A stretch of 64,000 nt of DNA from Camelus ferus (lineage: Eukaryota): NCBI RefSeq assembly GCF_009834535.1, contig NC_045696.1, positions 54,004,001 through 54,068,000 of the forward strand. Direction: 5' to 3'. Below are positions 1 through 11,678 of this stretch, in pieces (the stretch's first letter is position 1; each line of letters starts with the position of its first letter). The notes below the pieces were generated by a model that was not told the origin of the DNA, did not search any database, and worked only from the letters and a program-made list of their open reading frames with translations. The position numbers were made by a program, and so were the translations under genes.

Positions 1-679
1 GTTTCAAGTGTAAACTACATCCTTGTGCTCAAATAACTCGTGAATATTCCTCCATTCATTCCAATTCCCTCCCTTTTACCTTGATCTTCCGATGTAGATA
101 TATATTTATGTCTCCACCCGAGTTGGGTTCAGAAAATGATGCACAAATTAGGTTCCCACTTCTCTGTTCTTTGGCCATTGAATAAAGCTTGTGCTGTCCC
201 AGCACTGGTTTAGTTATTGGCTGCATGGATCCAAACAGAAAAAGAACCTCCCTGGCCAGGACAGGGAGAGGCGGTCTAGGCCTGGGATAAGACCTGACCA
301 ATTTGGTAACAGTGCTACACTTTTGGAATATTGTCCAGTTATAAGTCACTTGTTCTGGAAGCTCCAAACATCCTTTGTGAGAGTGAAGTGGTTTCTTCTT
401 CACTTACATGATTTCCACTGAAAAAAGGGTCTCTAGAGCACTAGCAAGTCTTCTGAAATTGGTTTTATTTTTAATTCTTTTCTCATATATTTGCATCCCA
501 GATTGTGAGAAACTCTACACTTTTTTCCCCCAATTTTATGGGAGTTGTAACTAAGGGAACCTGAAGCTAAGAACAAAAGGCTCTGAGTACCTTAATTCTG
601 AGTCAAGCCATTTCCTCACAAAGGTTGCTGAAAGGTGCTGTTTCAGCTGAACCTTTTCTCTATGGTAAAGAAGTCTAAA

Positions 680-1152
680 CATAAACCTACTATATGATCT
701 ATTTTTATCCTAGGTTTTTACTCAAAAAATATGTACATATAAACACTTATACATGAATGTGCACATCAACTTTCTTTGTAATAGCCCCAAACTGGAAACA
801 ATCCATCAATAGATGAGTGGATGAACAATATGTGGCATATCCATACAGTAGAACAGTACTCAGCAATAAAAAAAGGAATGGCTTGAATGGATTCCTGATA
901 TACTCAACACCATAGATGCATCTCAAAGTATTATACTGAGTGAAAGAAGCCAGACAAGAAAGTACACGCTGTATGATTCTGTTTTTATAAAATTCTAGAA
1001 AATTCAGATTAATCTATAGGAACAGAAAGCAGACCAGTGGTTGCCTGGAGACAAGAGGAGGCAGCAGTGCAGAGGGGAACTCACAGAGATGCATGAGGAA
1101 ACATTTGGGGGTGATGAATATGGCCATTAATTTGATTGTGCTACAGTTTCAC

Positions 1153-1207
<55 letters not shown>

Positions 1208-1270
1208 CAAGATTTATCAAATTGTAGACTTTAAGTGCAGTTTGTTGTGTATCAGTTGTATTTTCATAAA
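680..1270 (+). mobile_element. Old L1 3' end (L1MC/L1MD/L1ME-like), truncated
   Basis: Typical L1 3' motifs: 'aatagccccaaactggaaacaa', 'ctgagtgaaagaagccagaca', 'cagtggttgcctgg', 'gggggtgatgaatatg'; ends in an A-rich tail. Confidence 0.8.
1156..1203. repeat. (TA)24 microsatellite inside the L1 3' UTR
   Basis: Perfect TA run. Confidence 0.95.
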
Positions 1271-1348
1271 AATTTTAAAAGAACTTTTTTTTAAAAAAAG
1301 GAAAAGAAAAGAAAACTGAACTTGGTGTACCATACTGGGAAGCCCCCT

Positions 1349-1954
1349 TGAAACTGAGCAGGACCCTGTGGGGCCCTCCTAGGTACAAAAGCTTTTCTGT
1401 GTCCCATTCTTGTTTACAGGAAAAAGGCTTAAGCCTTCTAGACCTTTCCTGAGTTCCAAAGGGTAGATTCAAACAGTTACTAATTAGGGGAGTGAGAGAA
1501 TGCAGAACCAGGAAAAGCAGTCAAGAACCAATAATGCATCCATGGGGCAGGGCCCTAGTCTCCTGCTCAAGGGATATTTATAGCAATCTGATACAAATCT
1601 CTGAGTTCTACTGTAGGAACTAAGGCCTCCGCCCAGATAGGAGATGGTAACTTCAGGCTTAGCAATAAGCAGTGCACCCCACACTGGTCACAACCAGAAG
1701 GCTGCTGTTTGAGATTCCTGTTACACCACCCTGTTACCTCACCACCAACCAATCAGAAGAAAGTCACACTCCTGCAACCCTCCCCCCAAATTTGCCTTTA
1801 AAAACTCTTCCCTGATACCCATCTGGGAGTTCAGGTCTTTTGAGCATGAGCTGCCCATTCTCCTTGCAATAAACCTTTCCCTGCTCCAGACTCTGACTTT
1901 TCATTGTGTTTGGCCTCACTGTGTGTCAGGCACACAAGTCTGGGTTCTACAACA
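1349..1954 (+). mobile_element. Solo LTR, ERV1-class (cetartiodactyl type)
   Basis: TG...CA ends ('tgaaactgagcaggaccctgtggg' ... 'ttctacaaca'); CCAAT 1749-1753, TTTAAAAA 1797-1804 and AATAAA 1868-1873 in LTR order; no internal ERV sequence. Confidence 0.8.
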
Positions 1955-1957
1955 CAC

Positions 1958-1977
1958 GGGGGGGGGGGGGGGGGGGG
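1958..1977. repeat. G20 homopolymer
   Basis: Direct. Confidence 0.95.
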
Positions 1978-2759
1978 TCAATGATTTTTCTTTTTTTTTG
2001 GAATTATAAAGCTTGAATAGTCCCCCTCTTTCCTACAAGACTGCCTGCATGATTTCCAGTAATGCATCAACAGTTGTGCCTTTTAGAAAATCCCCAGAGT
2101 CATGAGAACCCCTCATTCTCTCCCCTATTCTAGAGGACAGTGTCTACAGAACAGAACTGTTGATTTTCTCTTTTTAAATGGTATCTCTATGAATTACTGC
2201 AGTGTGTACATAAAGGCAGCTTTCTTAGCAATTAGTTCTCTGGTGTGTTCCCAGCTCTAACCTTTCTTCCTGTGAAATTTCACTGTTGAGCAAATGCTTT
2301 AAAGCTGCTGTATCTAGGAGTATTTTTTCCAGTGGCACCTGAACATAAAAAGAGCTTCTAGTGGTCAAAAATATGACTCAGAGATTTTTTTTTTTTTTTT
2401 TTTGCTAATTGACATAATTACTGAGCATCATCAGATTTCAGAAATTCTGTTGAAAGTGCCTGTTTTCCACATTTACATGATATTCTCAGTGTGGGAGAAC
2501 TTAACAAGATAGAAATTTTGCAGTATTAAATTCAGAACATATTTGTATTCATACTATTTGTGGTATGTTTATAAATGAAATGAATCCTTTTACTAAAGCA
2601 ACTTTAAATTAACAGAGAAGAATACTTTCATTGCTCCTCATCTGCTGGATAGAATAACAGACGTGAAGATAAATGGTAACTCTCACAAAATCTCTTAAAG
2701 GAAAACAGTGTAGGAAGAAATACAATAGTTAAGAAAAGCCAGTGTTGAAGTGGAAGGTG

Positions 2760-2915
2760 CATGGGTCAGAGATTTGAAGAACTGAGTCTGAGCCTTAATT
2801 TTGCCATTAATTAACTGTGAAATCTTGGAAAATGAGTAATCCTCATTGGGACATGAATTCCTCATCTACTGAATTAAAGGTTATAACAAATGTTTCAAAG
2901 TTACCTTCCAGCTCT
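2760..2915 (+). mobile_element. MIR SINE, degraded
   Basis: MIR core-like 'ttgccattaattaactgtgaaatcttggaaaat...ttcctcatct'. Confidence 0.55.
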
Positions 2916-4022
2916 TCACTGAAGATCAGTACCTTCCTTGTGACATGAAATGGGACAGGGAGAAAAATTACACTGTCTCTAATTGTAGGTTCTCCATTTA
3001 GTTATACCTCTGTCCAAAACTATAAGTTTTCTTCTTATTACTTAGAGCAATAAGAAGCAGCCTTTCTACCTTACATCCTAAAATAAGGTACTTACACCAT
3101 TTGATATCATTTACTAGAAATTATTTATTCAACTATTTGTATAGTCACAAATATAACTGCCCTCTTATAAATGCTCTGGCAATTCCTAATCTGTCCCTAA
3201 TTCTGCCCTTTACCTACAGTCTCAGTGACTCAGGTCAAGTGTTCATTTTGCACTGACAAAATGAAGTTTAATGTAGAAATAGTAAAACTAACATGGTAAA
3301 CTTCTATTAAACAACAATAGCTCAGCAGATACTCTCATTAGATTGTTTCAAGTTTGAAATAATATCATCGTCTTGGCAATTTGGGAACACTGGTTGACAA
3401 TTCAATGCCTGGAGCTTAGAATTCATGTTTTGTTTCCTGTGGTATATGATGTTTGCATATAGGTGCTGCAGAGAAATCTGTAAGATTATATACAGTCCAG
3501 TCTCTTTTTATTCCTATGACCCATTATATTATAAAACTTCTTTATTTTCAGTGCCATATTACTTAGTTTTTAGCAATTAGTGTTGCAGATAGCATGTCTT
3601 TTTTTTTTTCCAGTGGAATAGTAAAAACATTTTTCTAAGTATAATAACTGACCTAAAATTAGAGAAAATTCTGGAAAAGTGATCATAGATTGTCCTTAAG
3701 TGACAGCCAGAAATTTTTCATCCCCAAAGTATTATAACAGCCATGAAGAATACATAAGGCAAGAAAAGAATTGTAGTGGACACTCTTATAATTGGCCATT
3801 TCTTCCTGAGACTCTCTAAGGTATTCATCACTAGGCTTTTCAGAATATTTCTTTAGTCTCTCTCCATCTCTTTATTTCTTTCTTCTTCTTCTTATTAGGG
3901 AATTTTTACAACTTTCAGTTTTATACGATTTTTTCCTAGAGCTTCACATACAAGAATTTTCTGTACAAAGGATTTGAAACAAGGCCCCAGGTTTCCCACC
4001 AGGCAGTCTGTGCCCTCCCGTT

Positions 4023-4038
4023 CCCCCCCCCCCCCCCC
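4023..4038. repeat. C16 homopolymer
   Basis: Direct. Confidence 0.95.
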
Positions 4039-5821
4039 GTTTCTTCCTGGCATTGTTACTGATGCTAGGCCTTGGGAAATCCTGCTTCTTGTTTGTTGTT
4101 CAAACAAACTCTCTTTAATAGTAGCACATGTAAAAGAAGGTTTTAGAATTTAATTTATTCCAGTGTAATGAGGCTGCCCAGAAGAGATCAAGGTAAAAAA
4201 GTCAACTGTCTTTTTTTTTTTTCACAGCAGAGCCCGTAAGAGCCTGGCTGGCTCTCCAGTTGTCTCTGAAGCCTCCCTCCTCTGTCAGGCATCTCACACT
4301 CTAGCTGTAATAAACTGCTTACAGAGCCTGTCAAAGTGTCTTTCCTCCACGCCTTTGTACATGCACATCTACTGAGTGAAATCCCATTCTCCTCTCTTTC
4401 TCCTCTCCCAGCTAGCTCTAAGTTGTCCTTCAAGATGTAACTCAAGGCTTCCCTTCTGAAAGTCCAAGTCGGGAAAGATGTCTGTGTTCTTATTTTATAC
4501 ATATGAAAATCACAGCCCTTCTCTCTCTGAAGTAGTTCTCTCTCTGAATATCTGTGTCTTCCAAACAGACGCTGATGTCCTTTGGATCTGGGCTTGTTTG
4601 TATACTGTCTCATTTCCAGATCCAGCCACACACTTGGCTCTGATGAAGCAGCCCTGAGTATTTAAAATTCTTCATTTGCTGAGGTCAGAGACCCCGTAGA
4701 AACTTCAAGGTTGGCAGTTTGAGAATCATCCTCTTTCTCTTTCCTGCACATTCATATCTGCTCAGGTAACATCCACGGAGCATGTACAGTAATGGCATTT
4801 GTTTGGTACTGACACCTGCAGGAGCAGCTGTATGTGCAGATCTGGACTGTGGTTTGATGTCAGTGGCAGGCAGCCTTGGCCAAAGGGAGGAAAATTCTGA
4901 TCCTTAGGTAACAGAGTTGCTGTTGTTGAAAAGCACCCTTCACATATTAATTATACAAATTGTCAAATGATTTGCGATGGGATTAAAGAAAACAGTAGCA
5001 CTCAGAATAAGTGAAAAAGAGTAAAGGAAAAAAAATTAAAAGATGAAAGAATAACAAGAGGAAGTAAAATGAGAAGCTGCAGACAATCAAGGAGAGAGAA
5101 GACAACAGAATGAGAAAAAGTAAACAAAACAAAACAAAACAAAAACCCAACCCATTAAAGAGGTGAAGAAAAGAACAAGTCTTCAGTACCTGCTTTGCTG
5201 GACAGTTGAAGGGGTTCCCTGAACCCTGCTGTTCCTCTGATTCTCAGAGATGAATTGGCACATTATAAACTGAGCGTGAATTTGCTAACTGTGGTGGTGC
5301 GGCGTCACCTTGGACCTCATCAGCATTGCTAAACATCACCCGTAACCTTTCCATTATCACGGAGGGTCTGCTCAGCACCAGGCCCAACTGCTCCAATAAT
5401 TTCAATTACTTTCCCTGACAAATTTTATGTTTCATGTATTTTAGTAGCCTGATAATTATGATTTCTCTCATTTCTCGCTCTCGAGCTTAATGGGTTCCAG
5501 CATGAGTGTGCAGTTTCAGAAATGAAGTTCCACTTGAATTCACAAGTTATTATCTACTTTCATTAATGGAATTGGAAAAGAGAGAGTGGAAAAGAGATAA
5601 AGAATGAGGAAGAAGGAAGAAATGAGTGAGCAGGAGGGAAAAAAAAAGAAAACAAAAGGCTAGGATAAAAAAAAAAATCAACCAAATGTGAAAGAAAAAG
5701 TCAGAATGAGTATAAATAGATAGCAGAAAGAATAGCAGATAGACTACCTTTAAATATATATACACATACATATATATAAAGTGCCAAACAGATTACTTTC
5801 ATTATTAGACACATGACTAAG

Positions 5822-5962
5822 AAGGCAGCACAGTGTGTTGGAAAATTCTCAGACTCTACAGCTAGACCACACTGGGTTTAAGAAACCTAGTTCTTTCATT
5901 GACTAGCTGTGTGACCAAAAGCATCTTACTTGACCTTGCTGAGATTCATCTGTTTTCTGCAA
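5822..5962 (+). mobile_element. MIR SINE 5' part
   Basis: 'ggcagcacagtgtgttggaaa...ctgggtttaa...actagctgtgtgacc...ttacttgacct'. Confidence 0.65.
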
Positions 5963-6003
5963 GAACATTGACTCTACAGACTAATTCTTCTTAATCTCTC
6001 TGC

Positions 6004-6048
6004 TGTGTGTGTGTGTGTGTATGTGTGTGTGCACATGCGTGCGTGCAT
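6004..6048. repeat. (TG)n / alternating purine-pyrimidine microsatellite
   Basis: Direct. Confidence 0.9.
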
Positions 6049-7439
6049 CTCAAAATATTTGAAAGGAATGACCATTACATACAAAGAATTGTGCTGGTGC
6101 AGGGAGATGGGCTTTCTGAGAGGCTGCAGAGCTAGAGGCAGAGATCTATGCAGAGTTTAGGTTCCCTGGGCACTGGCACAACTTTCCTCCCACACATGAG
6201 GATACGACTCTACTCCCACTGTCTGGCTAAGAAATGGAAATGTCCAATTGTGAAGATACTCCCATCAGTGGAAGCCCTTGTAAGAAAAAGATTATTTGCA
6301 TCAGTTCTTCGTGATGATTGTATCAGCCTTAGGAGGAAAAAAACTGTGATGCACCAAGTCATCAAGGGTTCAGATCCACTAAGACTTTGTGAAGCTAGTG
6401 TCCCCATCAGCTGTGTGCCACCTGTTAGGGTGCAGATAGACTACATTAGGCTGCAGTTTCTCCTGCTCTGCGGAATTGTGATTTTTAGCCCAATAATTGG
6501 TAACTTAATCTGACCTTATAGTAGGGTTCTGTGTCACGTCTTATAAGCAACATTTAATCCATTTGAAGAGATGTAGCTGGGAACAAAAGGACATAGAAAG
6601 ATGAGGAAGAAATAACTGTTGACTTCAAGAAGCTAATGATGTAGTAAGGGACGTAAGATAAATATCCAAATAAGTGCAATAGAAAATGAGTATGATAAAT
6701 GGTAGAAAAATATCATATTGGATCATACAGGTTTAAGGAAGGAAAATGTTCTATTAAAAAAGATAATCTTTTAATAAGGGCCCAAGTTTTAAGCCAAAGG
6801 AATGAATCTCTAGTTTTACAATTTCAAGCATCAATGAGCTACTTGGGGAAATAAAAGGAGGATTACTGAGTATTTTTCCATTTCCATGAAAATATATCAC
6901 ATGGATAGCCAATAACTGAGTGTGGTACTGCAGGCACTTGAGGGGATAAAATGAAAAAAATATGGAAAGAAATTCCCAAAGAAATATTGGAATTTAAAAA
7001 ATTTTAAAGATAACAAAAAGTAGCAGTAGTGAAAAATTGCAAAGAAACCAACAACCACTATACATGGAAATAGCTAAAGTGATAACTCATATAAAATGCC
7101 TCTACTCTATTCTGCAACTGCAAAGGTTACCAGTTTTCTCCAATAATCCTAACAGGGACCACTGAAAGATGGCTTATCTGCTTTAGTTCCGTTAAAATGA
7201 AGTAAAAATGGCTGTTCTTAATGAGGACTGAAAGAAAATAACTAATTCACATGACAATATTCACATGACAAGGGATCTCATTAAATACCTTTCTGCAAAG
7301 GCAACTAAAACTCAAGACAACTGGAAATGTCTTAAGGTTATCAATACTTTTCTGTGAATACATTTTAAAAAACCATTGTCTGGGAGGTATCTGATCAATT
7401 TATCAATTGATTGACCCAATTGTATCAGCTTGTGCTTTC

Positions 7440-7830
7440 AGACACCCACTGAAAAATCACAAGTCTGTCTGTCCCACTCCAGGTGGCATGTGGGATACAA
7501 AGACAGAGAGGAAATCTTGCTCTTGAAGCCCCAGGGATTTCATTTGGAGAAACAAACACATACAAAAATAATTACAGCCTTAGTGTGGGAAGGGTGTAGC
7601 TCAGTAGTAGAGTATGTGCCTAGCATGCACACAGTCCTGGGTTCAATTCCCAGTACCCCCATCAATAATAAAGAAATAAATATCTAATTAAAAAAATAAT
7701 CACAGCCTCTGTGAAAGAGGTAAGTGCAAAGTACTATGGTAGTTCATAGGGGAGGGAGCTGTTAACTAAGGGTGCAGCAAGAGAGTGAAAACTTCATGAA
7801 CAGTCAAATTCCAGCTGGGCCTTGAAGAAT
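7440..7830 (-). mobile_element. L2 fragment interrupted by a SINE
   Basis: Antisense L2 3'-like text on both sides of the SINE ('gggatacaaag...', 'agctgggccttgaagaatgggt'). Confidence 0.5.
7581..7691 (+). mobile_element. Vic-1-type camelid SINE (tRNA-Ala-derived)
   Basis: A box TAGCTCAGTAG 7597-7607; AGC anticodon arm GTGCCTAGCATGCAC; B box GGTTCAATTCC 7640-7650; A-rich tail; 17-bp TSD aaaaataat(t/c)acagcct at 7564-7580 and 7692-7708. Confidence 0.9.
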
Positions 7831-7870
7831 GGGTGCCTTGTGGTGACAGGGGTTCACATGTCAAGAAGGA

Positions 7871-8044
7871 CAGATAAACAAGGTCCTACTGTAAAGCACA
7901 GGGAACTATATTCAACGTCTTATAATAACCTATGATGGAAAAGAATATGAAAAAAATATATATACATGTATAACCGAATCACTATGCTGGACACCAGAAA
8001 CTAACACAATGCTGTAAATCAATTACGCTTCAACTTTTTAAAAA
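7871..8044 (+). mobile_element. Cetartiodactyl L1 3' UTR tail
   Basis: 'aaggtcctactgtaaagcacagggaactatattcaa...gaatcactatgctggacaccagaaactaacaca'. Confidence 0.85.
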
Positions 8045-9261
8045 CAGTCTATACAAGCTGCTGTTTGCAAGAGCCATTAGGCATTCAGGTGGGTGCTATT
8101 TGTCCTATAACCTGTTTATTGACTACTTCCAATGTACAACTTGATGAAGTTAATGTTACTGGCCCACAGAGGGCTTTGGCAGTAATTAAAAGAAAAAAAA
8201 TTCAAGATGAGTGCCACATCCGGGGTTTTGGCTTCCTTGGGTCAAGTCCCTTGTATCTCAGCAGGATGACATTAGGCCCAAAGTAAGAGATTTGGCGTTA
8301 TTGTTCTTACAGTCTCATTGTCTTTTACAAGGGCCTCCTTTGCCTCAGTTAATCATGACAGAGAAGCACTGAAGGTGAGGATACAGATGGTGAACTGAGG
8401 GGACCTAAGGGAGCCTGGACATCTCCTGCTCCGAAATCTCTCATGGAGGCTGTGGCCCAAAAACTCATTTAGCAATGACAAATCCAGAATCACCGAGAAG
8501 GTCTCAGGTTCCCTTGACTCATTAGAGCCACTGAAGAGTCCTGCCTTAGTTTCTATGTCTGCTCACTTTCCTCTTCCAAGGGTCAGCTAGAATAATAATA
8601 CGTACAGAAATCTTGAAAAGTCAAATACTATATTTAAATTCAAAGATTCCAAAGCCTAATAAAATGAATCCTAAGGTACTTTGAAGAATAATACCTTTCT
8701 CATCTTTCCACCTCTAGAGTAACAAAGAATCAAACAAAGAAAATTAACAAAGAATTTCTTTCCTCCTGCTTTTTTGGAAGTTATTCTATGTTTCTTGAAC
8801 CATGGCCATATGAATTTTGCAGAATCCCAACCTATTCACATCTCTGAGTAAGAAGAATGTGAAAAATCCCATGTTGGCTGGAAATTTTTATCTTTTTTTT
8901 TTTTTTAAGACTATGGAAACAGTTGCCTCCTGGGATTAAATATAACTTTTGAAATAAAATATAAGATAAAGTTCTTTTAACTTTTAGAATTATTATATCT
9001 TTGATGTTGTTTATATCTTGGTATCATCCTCAAAGCTTTACAGATATTTTTAATAAGCATCTATTGAAAGTAAGACTCCTAGTAAAAAGCTAATGGAAGT
9101 AGGAGTGATGGCACTGAGGGACAAAAGGTGTTGAAAATGTTTTACAAAAGGCTGGTGGAATTTATATGTCCCCATTACCTGCCCCAACCCGTGCTCCTGA
9201 TCCTAGTCATCCCAGTAAATTATTTAGCAGTATGATTTGTCATGTGAAATAATAAAGTTGA

Positions 9262-9445
9262 TCACTTATTAAAGACCCATTTTATGTCAGACACCTTACA
9301 TAATCTAATTTTTGCAAACACGTACTTACCATTAAGAAAACTGACTCAGAGAGCTCAAGATTTACCTAGGGTTACAGATTCAAGTTAATGCAGAGTGAGG
9401 AATTGAATGTACATAATGTGAATCCAAAATCAAGTGTTTTCCCCT
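9262..9445 (-). mobile_element. MIR SINE, degraded
   Basis: 'aagaaaactgactcagagag...tttacctagggttacag' antisense MIR core. Confidence 0.55.
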
Positions 9446-9765
9446 TTTCTGCTAAATCCTATTTATAAGACATTGGATGGTCAGAAGAATGCAGAGACCA
9501 GCTCATCCAGCTAAGCAGCTCTGGTCAGGCTGCTTAACCAATTTTTCTTATCATATACAAAAAATATATAAATGTTTTAGAAACATTAAATGTCATTTCT
9601 ATCCTCTTGCTTTTAAAAGGGTCTTAATTATTATCTGTGTTGTAGAAGAAAGGAACAGATCTGCCTGAAAGGGGCAGAGTTGTAAGGGGGGATACTGAGC
9701 TGAGGGGAGAGGATTCTGTTGCAGAAGTTTGGAACGTGGAGTTTGAGTCAGAGATGTCTCTACCA

Positions 9766-10093
9766 CAGTTGTTGTCCAACAGAATACAAACCACACATGC
9801 AAGCCAGGGCTTCATCTTAAATTTCCTAACAGCCATGTTTAAAAATGTAAAAATATACAGGTGAAGCTGATATATTAGTATCTTTTATGTAATCCAGTGT
9901 ATCTGGAGAATTACTATTTTAAGATATAATCAACACAAAACATTCAGAAGCTATTTTATAGTCTTTTTGTATACGAAGTTTTTATAAAGTCCGCTATGTG
10001 TTTTAGACTTGGAGCGCATCTTTATTTAGAAAGCCACATGTCAAACGCTCAAAAGCAACATGTGGTTTAGAGTTCCCCTACTGCTCAGCACAG
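9766..10093 (+). mobile_element. MER33-like hAT-Charlie non-autonomous DNA transposon
   Basis: Collinear with recalled MER33 consensus: 'tgtccaacagaa...aaatttcctaacagcca...acaggtgaa...agccacatgtcaaacgctcaaaagcaacatgtgg...cagcacag'. Confidence 0.8.
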
Positions 10094-11397
10094 TTCTAGA
10101 AGCATAAGAAGAAAGCTTGAACAGAAAAGGTGGTCAAAAGGAGTGTGCATTCAAATGAACTCATTTCAGAATGGGGTGATTGAAACATAAACAATTATAT
10201 ATTGATAGTTGGAGGAAGATAAAATTTCCATCCACTGGGAACGAGGTAAAAGGAGCTATAGGGAAGCAGTGTGGGGTGAAATAAGGGGGGAGGAGAACCA
10301 AACACTGGGGGTGCAGGCATTTCTCATCCTCTCTAACACTAACTCAGCAGAAAGTTAACCATTCTCTCCACTGAACAGATGAGAACGCTACAGCTTGGAG
10401 AAATTCAGTCACTTACTCAAGTTTCTGCTTTCTACTAGCCTATGAGTCTGTGACTACCCCAAATCAGTAGTTTATATCTATGTTATTCTCACTGCCTATA
10501 TTAAAAAAAAAAAAAAAAGATGTAATCTGCCAGCTGACCTGAGACTCTATTGCTGATGAGGCAGAGATGGGATCTGCTAAGAGCGAGGTGGGAGGAAGAC
10601 TGAAAGCCTGCCAAGGGCCATGTTTCAAAGGCTGTAGTTAGCAGCCGTAGCCTGGAAGGTGTCGCAGGCGGGGAGCCAGGCCCATGGCAGCTGTTGTACT
10701 ACACAGGTGTTATTCTGGGACATGGGCCTGCTGTTCTCTTGGCATGGTTGAAGACAAAAAGCAAAAGATTGGGTTTGACGTGTGGTCAGAGAGCATGGGT
10801 GGAAAAACTGGAGAAACTCCTACAGATGAGGTTGGTCAAGAATCAGGGGAGTGTGTCCAACGACCTGCTATGAATTTTCAGATACTAGGATAGAGTCTTA
10901 CCTGACTTACACAAGTATGTTTCATGGCTTGTATTTTAAAATACAAAGTAACAGTCGTATTCCAAACTACATGTGAAATGCAGATAATCTATGTTCTGTG
11001 GGTATAGATGGTGAAGTAATCTGCTCATGTCATGGTGGTGAGAAGAGTCTTCATTCCCCCTCCTCATACATCAACTCTTTTATGAGAAATTGGAGGAACA
11101 AAAAAGGGGTATCAGTCAGCTCTAATTAGTCTTGCTTTTATGAAAACGGATTTTCATGAAAATCAAGTTATTTTCAGTTAAGGATCACTGCTGAGAGGAA
11201 AGAAAAATCAAATGAGCTGAAAAGGAGTAAGACTCTCTTTAAAAATGGATTCATAATGAATTCTCATTTCTATTTGTGTAAGTAGTTTATGCTTAATTAC
11301 TTAACCTAGTAGCATTGCTGAGAGAGTTAAAAGACTAGATTCACTCATTCAAAAGTTCCTTTAGCAGCTATTTTTTGAGTATCTATCATGTATCTAT

Positions 11398-11678
11398 CAC
11401 AACTAGACTATGTTTTCTAGACTTCTTTGGAGTGAGGTTTGGATATGTGACTGAGTCCTAGCCAACAGAATATAAAAGAAAATGTTACTTGTGCCCCTGC
11501 CATGCATGATTCTCCATGGACTTTCACCTACCACAGTGACCCTGGGAACTACATTGACCACAGTGGGACCACACAGAAGGAGCAGGCAGAATCACCACTC
11601 AGAGGAGAACACTGGTTTTAGACTTGAGGGGAGCTCGAAATAAACTTGTTACAGCAGCTAGTGCAACCTTAACGAAAC
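11398..11678 (+). mobile_element. MaLR LTR (MLT1I/J-like) nested in an L2 fragment
   Basis: 'ctagactatgttttctagac...atgtgactgagtcctagccaa...gaatcaccactcagaggaga...aataaacttgttacagcagctag'. Confidence 0.65.

Noticed and set aside
4188..4631. Longest ORF in the track (147 aa, minus)
   Set aside because: Non-ATG start, no recognisable domain, low-complexity purine bias; consistent with chance
7587..7662. tRNA-Ala(AGC) gene
   Set aside because: Mismatched stems, an A-rich tail and a TSD identify it as a SINE head; the same applies to the copies at 59.6 and 63.4 kb
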